Below the pieces are notes generated by a model that was given only the letters and a program-made list of their open reading frames with translations, was not told where the DNA came from and searched no databases. From assembly GCA_964411925.1 (NCBI GenBank), contig CAYPNI010000002.1, positions 1,653 to 65,652 on the forward strand: DNA of 64,000 nt, read 5' to 3'. Each line of letters opens with the position of its first letter. The first letter of the stretch is position 1. This DNA comes from an uncultured Nitrospirales bacterium. GTDB lineage: Bacteria; Hydrogenedentota; Hydrogenedentia; Hydrogenedentales; GCA-2746185. The position numbers were made by a program, and so were the translations under genes. Shown one piece after another: positions 11,944-21,816 of this stretch.

Positions 11944-12606
11944 ATGGAGACCGCGCCCCAGGCCGCTCCGGATGCGTCCAGCGACCAGACCGCTTCCGAC
12001 AAGCACGAGCTACGCCGCGAGATTCTCGATTTCATCAAGCTTGTGGTTTGGTTCTTGATCATTTTCCTCGGCTTGCGCGCGTATGTGGTGGAGGGATACG
12101 AAGTCCAGGGCGAGTCCATGGAGCCCACGCTGGATAACAACGAGCGCATCCTGGTGCTCAAACTGCCGCACCAGCTCGCGCAGTGGGGGCTGTTCGGGGG
12201 CATCAACGCGATCGAACCGGGCGATGTGGTCGTGTTTGACAGTCCGGATAACGCGGGCAAACGCTACGTGAAGCGCGTCATCGCCGCGGGTCCGCCGTCC
12301 AAGGGGGGCACGTCGCAGGCTGCGCACGCGGCAACCGAGACCTCGCAACGGATCCAGGTCGTTTATGACCGGGGCGACGTCTACGTAAACAATCACAAGC
12401 TGGACGAGCCGTACCTGACGGAGAGCGCGCGGATCACGCCGGACCGTCAGGAGGTCGCGATCGGCGCGGGCGAATACTACGTGCTGGGCGACAACCGCGC
12501 GGTCAGCAAGGATAGCCGAAGCTTCGAGGCGGTGAACGACAACGCCATTATCGGCAAGGCCGTGTTGCGGTTCTGGCCGCCGTCGAAAATCAGCCTGATT
12601 CGATGA
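11944..12606 (+). CDS. lepB: Signal peptidase I (S26 family), copy 2
   Basis: TM helix, then GESMEPTL, VKRVIA and GDNRAVSKDSR motifs. Confidence 0.85.
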   Translation: METAPQAAPDASSDQTASDKHELRREILDFIKLVVWFLIIFLGLRAYVVEGYEVQGESMEPTLDNNERILVLKLPHQLAQWGLFGGINAIEPGDVVVFDSPDNAGKRYVKRVIAAGPPSKGGTSQAAHAATETSQRIQVVYDRGDVYVNNHKLDEPYLTESARITPDRQEVAIGAGEYYVLGDNRAVSKDSRSFEAVNDNAIIGKAVLRFWPPSKISLIR

Positions 12607-13445
12607 AGACGCTCGTCTTCGCCGACGTCCACCTCAAGGTGGACGCCGCGAATCGTGGTACGGTTGACGAGTTCGTGGCGTTTCTGCGCGATATCGCCCC
12701 CTCCGAGTTCGATCGCATCGTCGTGGTGGGCGATCTGTTCGACTTCTGGTTCGAATACCGTCACGTCGTGTTTTCGGGTTACTTCGATGTTCTGCGCGCG
12801 CTCGCGGACTTGCGCGACGGCGGAATCGAATGCCATCTCGTCTGCGGCAATCACGACTTTTGGGCGGGACGCTTTTTCCGCGACGAGCTGGGGTTCAAGG
12901 TGCACCCGGACGCGTACGACACGCGGATCGGCAACCGGCGCGTGCGCTTCGTCCACGGTGACGGCGTGAATCCCGCGGACAAAGCCTACGGGCGGTATAA
13001 ACGCCTGATGCGTTCCTGGCTGGGCGTGAAACTCATGGCGCTGATTCATCCCGACTGGGCGATGGCGATTGCGCAGCGCGTCTCGCGCGCCAGCCGCCGC
13101 CTGCAATCTCCGCACGGGGCCCTGCGGAGCCGGGAGATCGCCGCTGTCCGGGAGTACGCGCGCGGCGTTCTCGCGGCGGGCGAAACCGATGCGGTCGTTT
13201 GCGGCCACACGCACACGTCCGCGTACGAGGAGTTCGACGCGCCCGGCGGCCGGGGCCTCTACATCAACACGGGTGGATGGGTGGACGAGCGGGTGTATTG
13301 GATTTGGGACGGCGAGACGGTCTCGCGCTATTCCGGACCCCTTGCGGAGCGTCGCCGCGCGCCGGTTTCAGGGGCCGATCAGCGGCAGGATGTGGCCCTG
13401 GGAGCGGTAGATATAGCCCGCCAGAAAGCCGACCAGGCCCAGTAG
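12603..13445 (+). CDS. lpxH: UDP-2,3-diacylglucosamine diphosphatase LpxH-like metallophosphoesterase
   Basis: MKTLVFADVHL...VGDLFDFW...CGNHDFW...VHGDG...CGHTH is collinear with E. coli LpxH motifs. ATGA overlap with lepB copy 2. The 3' end overlaps the convergent PP2C gene by about 78 nt. Confidence 0.75.
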   Translation: MKTLVFADVHLKVDAANRGTVDEFVAFLRDIAPSEFDRIVVVGDLFDFWFEYRHVVFSGYFDVLRALADLRDGGIECHLVCGNHDFWAGRFFRDELGFKVHPDAYDTRIGNRRVRFVHGDGVNPADKAYGRYKRLMRSWLGVKLMALIHPDWAMAIAQRVSRASRRLQSPHGALRSREIAAVREYARGVLAAGETDAVVCGHTHTSAYEEFDAPGGRGLYINTGGWVDERVYWIWDGETVSRYSGPLAERRRAPVSGADQRQDVALGAVDIARQKADQAQ

Positions 13446-14306
13446 CGCGCTGACGAAGAACCACATCAGTTTGAAACCGTGCTTGCGTTTGATCGCGCGC
13501 AGCCGGAAGTACAGCAGCAGGAACGGGCTCGGGCTGACGCTCACCGCGACGACCGTGATGTTGTCTTTACCCCCGTTCTCGTTCGCCATGTTGACGAGGC
13601 GATGGACGATCTCAGCCGCGCTGCCTCCGCGAATGAATTCCGTGCAGATCTCGGCGTCCTTGACCATGTTCACGAGTCCGTCCGAACACAGCAGCAACCA
13701 GTCGCCGGGGACGACGTGCCAGACGTAGCTGTCGATTTCGATCTCGGGACGCGTGCCGACGCTGCGCGTGACGACGTTCCGGCGAAAGTCGAGTTCGGCC
13801 TCGGACTTTGACATGAGGCCGGCCTTCACCTGTTCGTCCACCCAGGAGTGGTCCTCGGTGCGGCCGATGATGTCGCCGTCACGGATGTGGTAGACGCGCG
13901 AATCGCCGACATTGCACACGTAAGCTTTTTTTGGCGACACGAGGCACGCGGCCAGCGTCGTGCCCATGGGTTTGCCGTTCGGATTGAGGTCCTGATTGGT
14001 CTTGAACACACTGGCGTTGGCCATGCGCACGTAACGCGTCATCAGATCGAGCGTGGCGCCGTCGGCGTCGCCATCCGGCCCCGGCTGCGGGGGCGGCTCC
14101 TTAAGGGAATCGCGCAGAATGGATACGGCGAGCTTGCTGGCAATCTCGCCGCCCATGTGTCCACCGAGGCCGTCGGCCACGGCCACCAGCGCACCGTCTC
14201 GAAACAGGTTCAGATTGGGGGTGTCGTCGCGGAACACACCGAACGAGTCCTCGTTCTCGCGCTTTCGACGCCCCATATCCGAGAGCGCGGCGATATCGAG
14301 ACGCAT
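13368..14306 (-). CDS. PP2C-family Ser/Thr protein phosphatase with a C-terminal membrane anchor
   Basis: RRKRENEDSF...AVADGLGGHMGGE...GDSRVY...LLCSDGL...ENGGKDNITVV, then a hydrophobic C-terminus. Confidence 0.8.
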   Translation of the reverse strand: MRLDIAALSDMGRRKRENEDSFGVFRDDTPNLNLFRDGALVAVADGLGGHMGGEIASKLAVSILRDSLKEPPPQPGPDGDADGATLDLMTRYVRMANASVFKTNQDLNPNGKPMGTTLAACLVSPKKAYVCNVGDSRVYHIRDGDIIGRTEDHSWVDEQVKAGLMSKSEAELDFRRNVVTRSVGTRPEIEIDSYVWHVVPGDWLLLCSDGLVNMVKDAEICTEFIRGGSAAEIVHRLVNMANENGGKDNITVVAVSVSPSPFLLLYFRLRAIKRKHGFKLMWFFVSALLGLVGFLAGYIYRSQGHILPLIGP

Positions 14307-14549
14307 CAGTTCGATTCTCCACAACGGTTGCAAAACCTACCAAAGAAAGTTCGTCATGGGCAAACCCGGGGATTGCGTTCGCCAGCGTCGTGCGGCACAG
14401 CGGATCATCGGGCGCGACGATCTGTACGGTTGACCGATTCCCGCAGCCGCGTTACAATCGCACTGAATCGGATCGCGTGGCGCGGCGGCCACGGGCACTG
14501 CGCGATCCGGACTTCATTCCGGGGGAACCGCGGGGCGGTGCGTACGTCG

Positions 14550-16196
14550 ATGCGCGAGTCGACCTTCAGTTCGTTCCTGAGCCACGACGGCAACCGGCGC
14601 GCCCACGATCTCTGCCTCGCGGTGAGCCGCGCGGAGCCCGTCAGCCCCTTGCCGCTCGTGCTGGTCGGCGAGCGCGGCAGCGGCAAGACGCACCTGCTGC
14701 GTTCCGTGGCGCACCGGCTGCGCGCAACGCTTGGCCACGCGGCCATCGTGATGCTTTCGCCGCAATCCAAGCCGGAAGAGATGACGCGGCTCGCGAACGA
14801 TCCCAAACCGATCGACATGGCGCGATACGCCGTATTGCTCATCGATGATCTGCATGGATTCACGGGCCATTTCGACACGCTCACGCGACTCATCGGCGTA
14901 TTCCTCGAAAACGACCACCCGATCATCGTCGCATCCGAAGTGCACCCCGACCGGCTGGCCAGTCTGCCGCCTCCCTTGTCTCGAATCGTCCACGGGGGGC
15001 AGGTCGTGCAGGTGGACGGTGGAGAGGCACAGGCGGCCATCAAGGTGGTCGAAGCGGCCATACGGGACGAGCAGCGCGAGGCGATCGCGAAACTCACCGC
15101 GCGTGTTCGCGAGCTGGAAGCCGCGGGCCCGGAAGGCGTCGCGCTCGATTTTGAAGAAAGCGCGGCGGCGAACGAGGAGCTGCAACAACATCTCACGGAA
15201 GCGCGGGAGGAAATCGAACAACTGCGCGGCGAGCACGCACTGCTTGCGGTGGCGGCGCGCGAGGCCGTCGTCCTGCGTAAGAAACTCGACGACCTGGAAC
15301 GTGAGCGTGTTGAGCGTGCGACGCAGCCCGCCGAGGATTCGTCCCCGCAGACGCAAGAACTCAAGCGCAATCTCGACGAGGCGCGCTATGACGCGCAAAA
15401 GGCGCGTGAGGAAGCACGGGGCATGCTCGAACGCGCGCAACGACTGCTCGGCGAGTTGCACATGAGTCGCGAATCCTACGAAGCGGCACAGCGCGACCGT
15501 GAACGCCAGCGCGAAGACATTCGCCGGTTTCAGGGGCTGCGGGACGACAACTCGGCGGCGGACGGTTCCGCCGCGCCCACGCAGGCAGCAGAGGCACCGC
15601 TGGCCGCCCCGGCGGAGGACCCGGCGCTGATCGCCATGCGGGAGGAGCTTCACCGGCTTCAGGAAAGCCTGGTTCGCGCGCGCGCCGAGCGAGACAATGC
15701 CAAAAGCCATCTCGCGCACATTCGCGAGGCGCTGGACACGGCACTCGCGGACCTGGACCAGCTGCGCACGGACGCCGCGCAGGACGCGGCGGCGCACGCG
15801 GCGCGCGTGACGGAACTCGAACAGGCGCTGGTCGCGCGCCAATCTGAAGTCGAGCGGTTACAGGCCATGCAGCGCGCCTTTACGGACGAAGTGCGCGCGT
15901 TGCAGTCGCAGGTGACCGAGGGCGCGGAGGTGCTCGAGCGGCTCATGGAATTGTTTGGCGCCGGCCCGGCGCAGAGCGATGACGCGGACGGACCGAACGA
16001 AACGGAGGAAACTTCGCCGGAGAGATTGGCGCCGCGGGCGGATTTTGGCGATGGGATTCGACTCGTATCGCGCCGCGGCGCAGCACTGCATCACATCGAG
16101 GAGCTGCGCGGTCAGTTGGCGTCGTTCTTTCCCCCAAACCTGCCGCCGCTCGAAACGGGCGACGACGAGGCGAGCGGCCGGGCGCAATCCGCCTGA
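14550..16196 (+). CDS. Hda/DnaA-like P-loop ATPase domain fused to a ~350-aa Glu/Arg/Ala/Leu-rich coiled coil
   Basis: N-terminal PLPLVLVGERGSGKTHLLRSVAH...VLLIDDLHGF...IIVASEVHPDRL...PPLSRIVHGGQVVQV matches the DnaA domain III / Hda layout. The remainder is a heptad-like REEL/AQ-rich sequence. The part of the ORF-track frame upstream of 14550 is antisense to the PP2C gene. Confidence 0.65.
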   Translation: MRESTFSSFLSHDGNRRAHDLCLAVSRAEPVSPLPLVLVGERGSGKTHLLRSVAHRLRATLGHAAIVMLSPQSKPEEMTRLANDPKPIDMARYAVLLIDDLHGFTGHFDTLTRLIGVFLENDHPIIVASEVHPDRLASLPPPLSRIVHGGQVVQVDGGEAQAAIKVVEAAIRDEQREAIAKLTARVRELEAAGPEGVALDFEESAAANEELQQHLTEAREEIEQLRGEHALLAVAAREAVVLRKKLDDLERERVERATQPAEDSSPQTQELKRNLDEARYDAQKAREEARGMLERAQRLLGELHMSRESYEAAQRDRERQREDIRRFQGLRDDNSAADGSAAPTQAAEAPLAAPAEDPALIAMREELHRLQESLVRARAERDNAKSHLAHIREALDTALADLDQLRTDAAQDAAAHAARVTELEQALVARQSEVERLQAMQRAFTDEVRALQSQVTEGAEVLERLMELFGAGPAQSDDADGPNETEETSPERLAPRADFGDGIRLVSRRGAALHHIEELRGQLASFFPPNLPPLETGDDEASGRAQSA

Positions 16197-16244
16197 AGCC
16201 GCCCGGCGCTTTATCGGCTGCACGGGTGTCCGTAGAATCACACG

Positions 16245-17321
16245 ATGTCCCAGTGGATTTGGCTCACGGTTGTGCTGCTGTCGGCCCCTCAGGGCGAGAT
16301 CGGCTATCTCGTGCGACCGAACGCGGGCCCGGCGCAAATTCATGTCGTCTCGCTCTCGACTGGAGTTACCCGGACGATCGGTGTCGACGGGGCGCGGGAC
16401 ACTCCGAGATGGTCACCCGACGGGCTGCGCGTGGCGTACACGGTCGAGACGCCGCGCGGTACCGGCGTGTACGTGGCGGAGCTAAACGGGCCGGGCGGGC
16501 AGTACGTCGGCGGCGCGGAGGCGGACCGGCACGGACCGGTCTGGTCGTCGGACGGCTCGCGGATCGCCTATACGGTCGGACACGGTCTGGAGGCACAAGT
16601 CGCTGTCTTCGATTTCACGACGGCCGTGGAAACCGTGTGGGGCGGTGGTAGAACGAGCCTCACCTCGCCTGTGTGGGCGTCGAGCCGGTTGGTCCGCCTG
16701 CTGATCGATCCCGACCGAGACCTCACGCCGGCACTTCCATCGGCGATTCCGGGCGCGTGGAACGACTCGCGCGAACTCCTGATCGCCCTCGGCTTTGCCG
16801 GTTCGCCCGGCGCGATGACGACGGATCTGCTTGTGGTATCGGAGAACGACGTGACCGAGATCCCGCTGTCCAACATGCCGTCGGATGGGGACTACGCTGA
16901 GTTTGCCCCCGCGGCGGCTGCGGACGCTCTGGCCTTCGAGTCGAACGACGGCGGCGACCGCGAAATCTTCGTGATCACGCGCCGATCGACGTTCGACCTG
17001 AGCAATCATCGCGCGGCAGATTGGCTGCCCGCGTGGGCGCCAGACGGAGGCGCAGTCGCGTTTCAGTCATTCCGGAGCGGCCGCAGTGGAATCTACCAAT
17101 GCGTACCGAGACGGGCCGGGCGTGTACGGTCCATCGTGGCGGAGTCCGCGGGCGATTGTTGGGCGCCGGCGTGGTCGCCGGACAGCCAGTGGATCGCGTA
17201 TGTCGGTGATGCGGAGGGCGAGCCCGCGGTTTACGTCATTCAGCCCGACGGATCCGAGCGGCAACGAATCTCGCCACCGGGGATCTCCGCGGACGTACCC
17301 GCGTGGAGGCCTGTGCGGTAA
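16245..17321 (+). CDS. TolB-like beta-propeller (PD40/WD40-like repeat) protein
   Basis: Repeated W/Y-SPDG-IAY blades (RWSPDGLRVAYTV, PVWSSDGSRIAYTV, PAWAPDGGAVAF, PAWSPDSQWIAYV) with an N-terminal hydrophobic segment. Confidence 0.7.
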   Translation: MSQWIWLTVVLLSAPQGEIGYLVRPNAGPAQIHVVSLSTGVTRTIGVDGARDTPRWSPDGLRVAYTVETPRGTGVYVAELNGPGGQYVGGAEADRHGPVWSSDGSRIAYTVGHGLEAQVAVFDFTTAVETVWGGGRTSLTSPVWASSRLVRLLIDPDRDLTPALPSAIPGAWNDSRELLIALGFAGSPGAMTTDLLVVSENDVTEIPLSNMPSDGDYAEFAPAAAADALAFESNDGGDREIFVITRRSTFDLSNHRAADWLPAWAPDGGAVAFQSFRSGRSGIYQCVPRRAGRVRSIVAESAGDCWAPAWSPDSQWIAYVGDAEGEPAVYVIQPDGSERQRISPPGISADVPAWRPVR

Positions 17322-18283
17322 TGCGCGTCTTCGCCTTTTTGTTGATCCTGGCTGCCGCTGGGGCCGCGTCCGCGCGCGACGAGACGGGCCGGCTCTCGCT
17401 CATCGTCACGCCCAACAACGCGCAGCCGGCCGTGCTCCAGCCGGGTGGCGCGATCGAGGCCCTACTGCGGGAGAATGTACCGCTGCGAATCGAGTCCGCG
17501 GAGGGAAGTGTGCCGCTGGAGTTTCTGTCCGCCCGGCCGTGGCGCGGGCGGTGGGTGATAACCTCGCGTATCCCGGCGTCGGCGCGACCGGGCGCGTACA
17601 CCTTGATCGCGGAACGTGCAGAACGCTCGGACGCCGCATATCGCTCGGTGTATGTGCTGCCGGAGCGGCCCGACACGTATCGCATCGCTCACGTCAGCAA
17701 TCTACGCGTGGGCGATTCGACGCGGGCGGATTCGCAACTGTTCCGGTTGACCGATGCACTCAATGACGGCGCGCCGGATTTGATTCTGATCACGGGTGAT
17801 CTGACTGCCGGCGGCACGGAAGATCAATTCCGAATCGCGCTCGATGTGTTGAACGATTGCCGCGCACCGACCTTGGTTGCGCCCGGCGACGCGGACGATG
17901 CGGAGGGGCTGCTGGAGGCCTACCTCGGCGAGTTCCCGGCCGCGCTGCGGTACGGACCGGACGGCTATCTGCTCTGTCCGCCGCCGTCCCGCGTGTCGCA
18001 GGGCAACGAGGCGCGTTTGCATATTCAACGCCGCGCCATTCGTGCGGCGCGGTGGTCGGTTGGCGCTGTAGCGGCGACCTCGCGCCAGGATTTGCGGGCC
18101 GCGCTGTCGCTGCTCGTGGACGACCCGCTGGACTTTGTCTTCGAGGCCACGACGGTTGAGCGGGCAGTCCCGGCGATCGCCTGGGGCCGGACGAAGTCCT
18201 ACGCGGCGGCCGGCGACCGGCAGATCACGTGGTTCACGGTGAGTCCGCCAGGCATCGTGCGCGCCGAGACCGCTACCGAGTGA
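17321..18283 (+). CDS. Secreted calcineurin-like metallophosphoesterase-like protein, possibly degenerate
   Basis: Signal peptide MRVFAFLLILAAAGAASA. Residues AHVSNLRVGD, ILITGDLTAGG and LVAPGDAD loosely match metallophosphoesterase motifs I-III. TAATG overlap with the TolB-like gene. Confidence 0.5.
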   Translation: MRVFAFLLILAAAGAASARDETGRLSLIVTPNNAQPAVLQPGGAIEALLRENVPLRIESAEGSVPLEFLSARPWRGRWVITSRIPASARPGAYTLIAERAERSDAAYRSVYVLPERPDTYRIAHVSNLRVGDSTRADSQLFRLTDALNDGAPDLILITGDLTAGGTEDQFRIALDVLNDCRAPTLVAPGDADDAEGLLEAYLGEFPAALRYGPDGYLLCPPPSRVSQGNEARLHIQRRAIRAARWSVGAVAATSRQDLRAALSLLVDDPLDFVFEATTVERAVPAIAWGRTKSYAAAGDRQITWFTVSPPGIVRAETATE

Positions 18284-18290
18284 CGCTCGC

Positions 18291-19622
18291 TCAGAGCGCG
18301 CCGGAGGAGATCGATTCGATCATCGTAATGAGCGGCAGGAACATGCCCAACACGATCGATCCGACGATGAATCCCATGATGACAACGAACGCGGGCGTAA
18401 TCGTTTCGGTCAGCCCGTCGACGGCAATCTCGATTTCCTCTTCGTAGCTCGACGCGACCTGGTCCGACACTCGCTCAAGCGAACCGGTTTCTTCGCCGGT
18501 GAGCATCATGTCGACGACGACACCGGAAAGATAGCCCTGCCGCTCCGCGTCGCGGAGCGGCCCCTCCAGACCCTCGCCGCGTTCGACGGAGTCACGCATG
18601 TCCTGGATGACGCCGACATAGGCGCGATTGGCCACGGAGTTCTTGCACAGGTCGAGCGTGGCCATCATGGAAACGCCGCTGCGGATGAGCATGGCGAACG
18701 TGCGGAGGAACTGGGACACGACGCGGCGGCGCAGGATGCTGCCGAGGACGGGAATCCTGAGTTTGACCTTGTCCGCCTGGAGCTGGCGCACGGGGCTGCG
18801 CACCCACCAGAAGTTATAGGCCAGTATGAGCAGGATTACGACGATCACGAAGGGGAACCAGTAAGCCCGGACCGCGTCGGCCGCATTCATGATGAATTGC
18901 GAGTAGGAATTCAGCTTGACGTCCATCGACTCGAAGATGTCCCGGAACGCGGGAATGACGAAGATGGACAGGATAATTACGAGGCCGACGGCCACGACGA
19001 CGAGGAAGCTCGGGTAAATCAGAGCGACCTGCACGCGCTTTTCCTGACGATCGCGCTGCTCGCGAAATTCGACGATTCGGCGAAGGACGACGGGTAACGT
19101 GCCGCTGGCCTCGGCAGCCTTGATCAGGTTGACTTCGACCTGCGGGAAATAGCGCGCCTCGCGCGCGAACGCCTGCCACAGCGGGTTGCCCGCTTCGACG
19201 TATTCGGCAATACCGGCGACGAGCTGGCGGACGCCCTTCTGTTCGCTGCGGTGGGCGAGTGTCTTGAGACCCTTGAGAATGGGCGTGCCTGATTCGAGCA
19301 TCATGATGAGCTGGCGCAACAGCACGGTTACGTCGCGCCGGCGCACGACACCGCGCGACAGCGCCGCCACGGGAGACGGCGAGGCGGACGCCCTGGGTAT
19401 GCTACGGGTCTCACCGCCGGGCGTCCGGTCGAGTTCGAGTTCCTGCACGAGCCCGCCTGCCTCGGGCAGCGCCGCCGAGCGCGGCGTTTCTTTCTCGTGA
19501 ATTGCGCGACGGCGCGACGTGACGCGGGTGGCCGATTCACTCCGCCTGGACGCGCTGGTCCGTTTCTGGCGTGCCGCGACTTTCGCCTTGGTGCTGGGCT
19601 TTTTCGGCGGGTTCGTGGGCAT
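18291..19622 (-). CDS. gspF: Type II secretion / type IV pilus platform protein GspF/PilC family
   Basis: Two T2SSF repeats (LLRQLIMMLESGTPILKGL... and FLRTFAMLIRSGVSMMATL...) with three TM segments. Preceded by a ~95-aa basic Pro/Ser/Arg-rich N-terminal extension that may not all be translated. Confidence 0.8.
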   Translation of the reverse strand: MPTNPPKKPSTKAKVAARQKRTSASRRSESATRVTSRRRAIHEKETPRSAALPEAGGLVQELELDRTPGGETRSIPRASASPSPVAALSRGVVRRRDVTVLLRQLIMMLESGTPILKGLKTLAHRSEQKGVRQLVAGIAEYVEAGNPLWQAFAREARYFPQVEVNLIKAAEASGTLPVVLRRIVEFREQRDRQEKRVQVALIYPSFLVVVAVGLVIILSIFVIPAFRDIFESMDVKLNSYSQFIMNAADAVRAYWFPFVIVVILLILAYNFWWVRSPVRQLQADKVKLRIPVLGSILRRRVVSQFLRTFAMLIRSGVSMMATLDLCKNSVANRAYVGVIQDMRDSVERGEGLEGPLRDAERQGYLSGVVVDMMLTGEETGSLERVSDQVASSYEEEIEIAVDGLTETITPAFVVIMGFIVGSIVLGMFLPLITMIESISSGAL

Positions 19623-19670
19623 TCTCGTCTATCCTCCGTCGCGTTCCGTTCGCGCCCGTGGGCGCCGCGT

Positions 19671-20648
19671 TCAGTTCGTATCGTTGCTGGTATCGACTAC
19701 GGCGGCACTGTCCGGAGAATCGCCCCCGGTGGCTCGCGCGTCGGCGCCGCGCAATTCGCGCCAATACCGGATCGCATATCCGTCATCGTCGCGGAACGCG
19801 ATCACGGCTTCCACAGCCGCGTACACCGGCCGGTGATTGCCGCCGGGCATGTCCAGTTTCGCCGCGCTGCGCACGCGGAAACACTTCGACTCGAACGCAA
19901 CCCCCGCGGGCTTTTCCCGGGGCGCGAAGGGCGCGACGTCGAGATTGAACGTCGAGGGTTCGCGGCCGACTTTCTGCAGCACGTCGGGCCAATCCCTGAA
20001 TGGGCGTTTTGTGGCAAGATCGGCCGCTTCGTTCTGCGAGATACCAAACGCGGCCGCGAGCGCGCGCGGGCTCGCCGTGTTCAGGTTGAGGTCATCGCCT
20101 GACGGCTCACCGGTGTATACCGTGAAGTCGTTTTGCTGGAGCGATTCGAACTCTTGCGCATCAGCGATCTCGTTTACGCGCAGCGCATCAACGCTTGGCA
20201 ACCGCGAGCCCTTGCCGCGCATCGAGATAAGCTTGTCCGTCGAGGCGGCGTCGAGCCCCATCGCCCGCAACAGGGGCGCGGGCGCGGTGTTCAGGTTGAC
20301 GCGCGCGGATTCGTCTTCGACGGACACCGTCACGTGCTGCGGATAGGCGCCGTCTCCCGTTTGTTCGTGCCGATACGTTGATAAAGTTATTTCGTATGAC
20401 GATTGCGGCTGCGCGGATTCGTCGAGCGCAGACCGGATTTCGCCGATGGCGGCGTATACGCCGCCGGCCGCGAGATTGCGCGCGCGCGTCCGGTGAAGCT
20501 GGACACCCGCGTCGGAAAATTCGAGCCACATGTAGCCCAAGTACGCCGTGCCCAGCAGCGCGAAAATAGCGAGCAGCGCGATCGCGGCGAAGAGCGCCAT
20601 GCCGCTGCGGTCATTCGGGCGAAGGATTGTCATGCGCGAGGGTCTCAT
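19671..20648 (-). CDS. gspK: GspK-like minor pseudopilin
   Basis: N-terminal hydrophobic MALFAAIALLAIFALLGTAYLGY, then two VNLNTAP / LNLNTAS helix-hairpin-helix-like motifs characteristic of GspK. Confidence 0.65.
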   Translation of the reverse strand: MRPSRMTILRPNDRSGMALFAAIALLAIFALLGTAYLGYMWLEFSDAGVQLHRTRARNLAAGGVYAAIGEIRSALDESAQPQSSYEITLSTYRHEQTGDGAYPQHVTVSVEDESARVNLNTAPAPLLRAMGLDAASTDKLISMRGKGSRLPSVDALRVNEIADAQEFESLQQNDFTVYTGEPSGDDLNLNTASPRALAAAFGISQNEAADLATKRPFRDWPDVLQKVGREPSTFNLDVAPFAPREKPAGVAFESKCFRVRSAAKLDMPGGNHRPVYAAVEAVIAFRDDDGYAIRYWRELRGADARATGGDSPDSAAVVDTSNDTN

Positions 20649-21289
20649 CGGACGTGCACCGGGACGACGATCTGGCGGGAGACCTGGAACTGCGCCGGCC
20701 GGTCGGGGTCTTCAATCGAAAGGCTTACGCCGACCGCCGCGGGCTGCCCGGGCTGATTCCACTCATCGACCCAGACCGCACCCGGTCCGGGCGCGAGATA
20801 CTGGACTGCGAACCCCATCACACGCGCGTTCGGGATGACTTCGATCCGGTTGGTCTCGGGAAACCCGCCGCTGAGCGTACCCACGGTGCGTACCAGCACT
20901 CCGACCCCGCCGGCGCGCTCCACGTGATAGCCGACTTTAGCGGGCACCGCAAGCGGCCGATTTGGATCCATCGCCCGGATGGGCACGGCGAGTTGGTCGT
21001 CGCGATGCTGCGCCGGCGGATAGGTGCGCGAGTCCTGTACGCTGCGCGTCGCGCCTTCGATGGCGATACCGGAGACGTCGAAGGAGAGTGTATCGGCGAT
21101 GTCGCGCCGGATTGACTCGAGCGCGAGATCGGCTTTTGCGTCGAGTTCGGCTACGGCTTGCCGCTCGTTCCACGCGGCGATGACGCCGTACAAGGTTGAC
21201 GTGCCGACGGCCATCACAAGCCCGATGATCGACGTCACGACGAGTAGTTCGATGAGCGTAAAACCCGCGCGCGATCGGCGTGCCGTCAT
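20645..21289 (-). CDS. Prepilin-type N-terminal cleavage/methylation domain pseudopilin (GspJ-like)
   Basis: MTARRSRAG|FTLIELLVVTSIIGLV prepilin leader with a G-F cleavage site. ATGA overlaps on both sides. Confidence 0.7.
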   Translation of the reverse strand: MTARRSRAGFTLIELLVVTSIIGLVMAVGTSTLYGVIAAWNERQAVAELDAKADLALESIRRDIADTLSFDVSGIAIEGATRSVQDSRTYPPAQHRDDQLAVPIRAMDPNRPLAVPAKVGYHVERAGGVGVLVRTVGTLSGGFPETNRIEVIPNARVMGFAVQYLAPGPGAVWVDEWNQPGQPAAVGVSLSIEDPDRPAQFQVSRQIVVPVHVR

Positions 21290-21816
21290 AGCCCGACTCC
21301 TTCGGCGCCCGCGCGGGGAATGGCAGAGGTCAGCATGAACTGTTTGAGCCGTCCTTCGAGCTGCCATTGGACTTCCACGGTCAGTTCAACGTAGGCCGCG
21401 TCCTGCGACGGAAGCCGCGCGGAAGCCGACCAGGTGTATCCCCCATAGGTCGCGCGCTCTCGGTCGTACGCGCGGCGCGCGAGCGGCAGGGCGAGCGGCG
21501 GTTCGGTGAACTTCTGCGGAACCGGCCCGTTCTCGCGCGCGGTTACGGGCAGCGGTGCGTTCGGCGTCTGGTCCTGGTAGTTGGGCCATACGAAGAGTTC
21601 GGGCCGGCTCTGAATGAGCGTCAGGTACTCCTGCGCAATGCTTGCCGCGATCTCGTGCGTACGGCTGGATTTCGCCAGGGATTGGCTTCCCAGGAAGAGC
21701 TTGAGGAGGACGGTGGTAGCCACGCCCATGACGACGAGCGCCGTGAGCAGCTCAATCAGCGTGAAACCCGTGGCCCGCCGGCGCGGCGTTGACCGATCCT
21801 GGCCTGGAAACGGCAC
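21286..21816 (-). CDS. Prepilin-type pseudopilin (GspI/GspH-like)
   Basis: ...RRRATG|FTLIELLTALVVMGVATTVLL prepilin signal. GTG start at 21816, start uncertain. Confidence 0.65.
   Translation of the reverse strand: MPFPGQDRSTPRRRATGFTLIELLTALVVMGVATTVLLKLFLGSQSLAKSSRTHEIAASIAQEYLTLIQSRPELFVWPNYQDQTPNAPLPVTARENGPVPQKFTEPPLALPLARRAYDRERATYGGYTWSASARLPSQDAAYVELTVEVQWQLEGRLKQFMLTSAIPRAGAEGVGL

Noticed and set aside
13368-13445. 78-nt overlap of the convergent lpxH-like and PP2C genes, as possible antisense regulation
   Set aside because: More likely one of the two stops is over-extended, since both C-termini in the overlap are non-conserved tails. Cannot be resolved without homolog alignment.
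14405-15842. 321-aa and 442-aa minus-strand ORFs antisense to the Hda-like coiled-coil gene
   Set aside because: Arg/Ser/Ala-rich junk typical of antisense frames in high-GC coding DNA. The sense frame has a clear P-loop ATPase motif.
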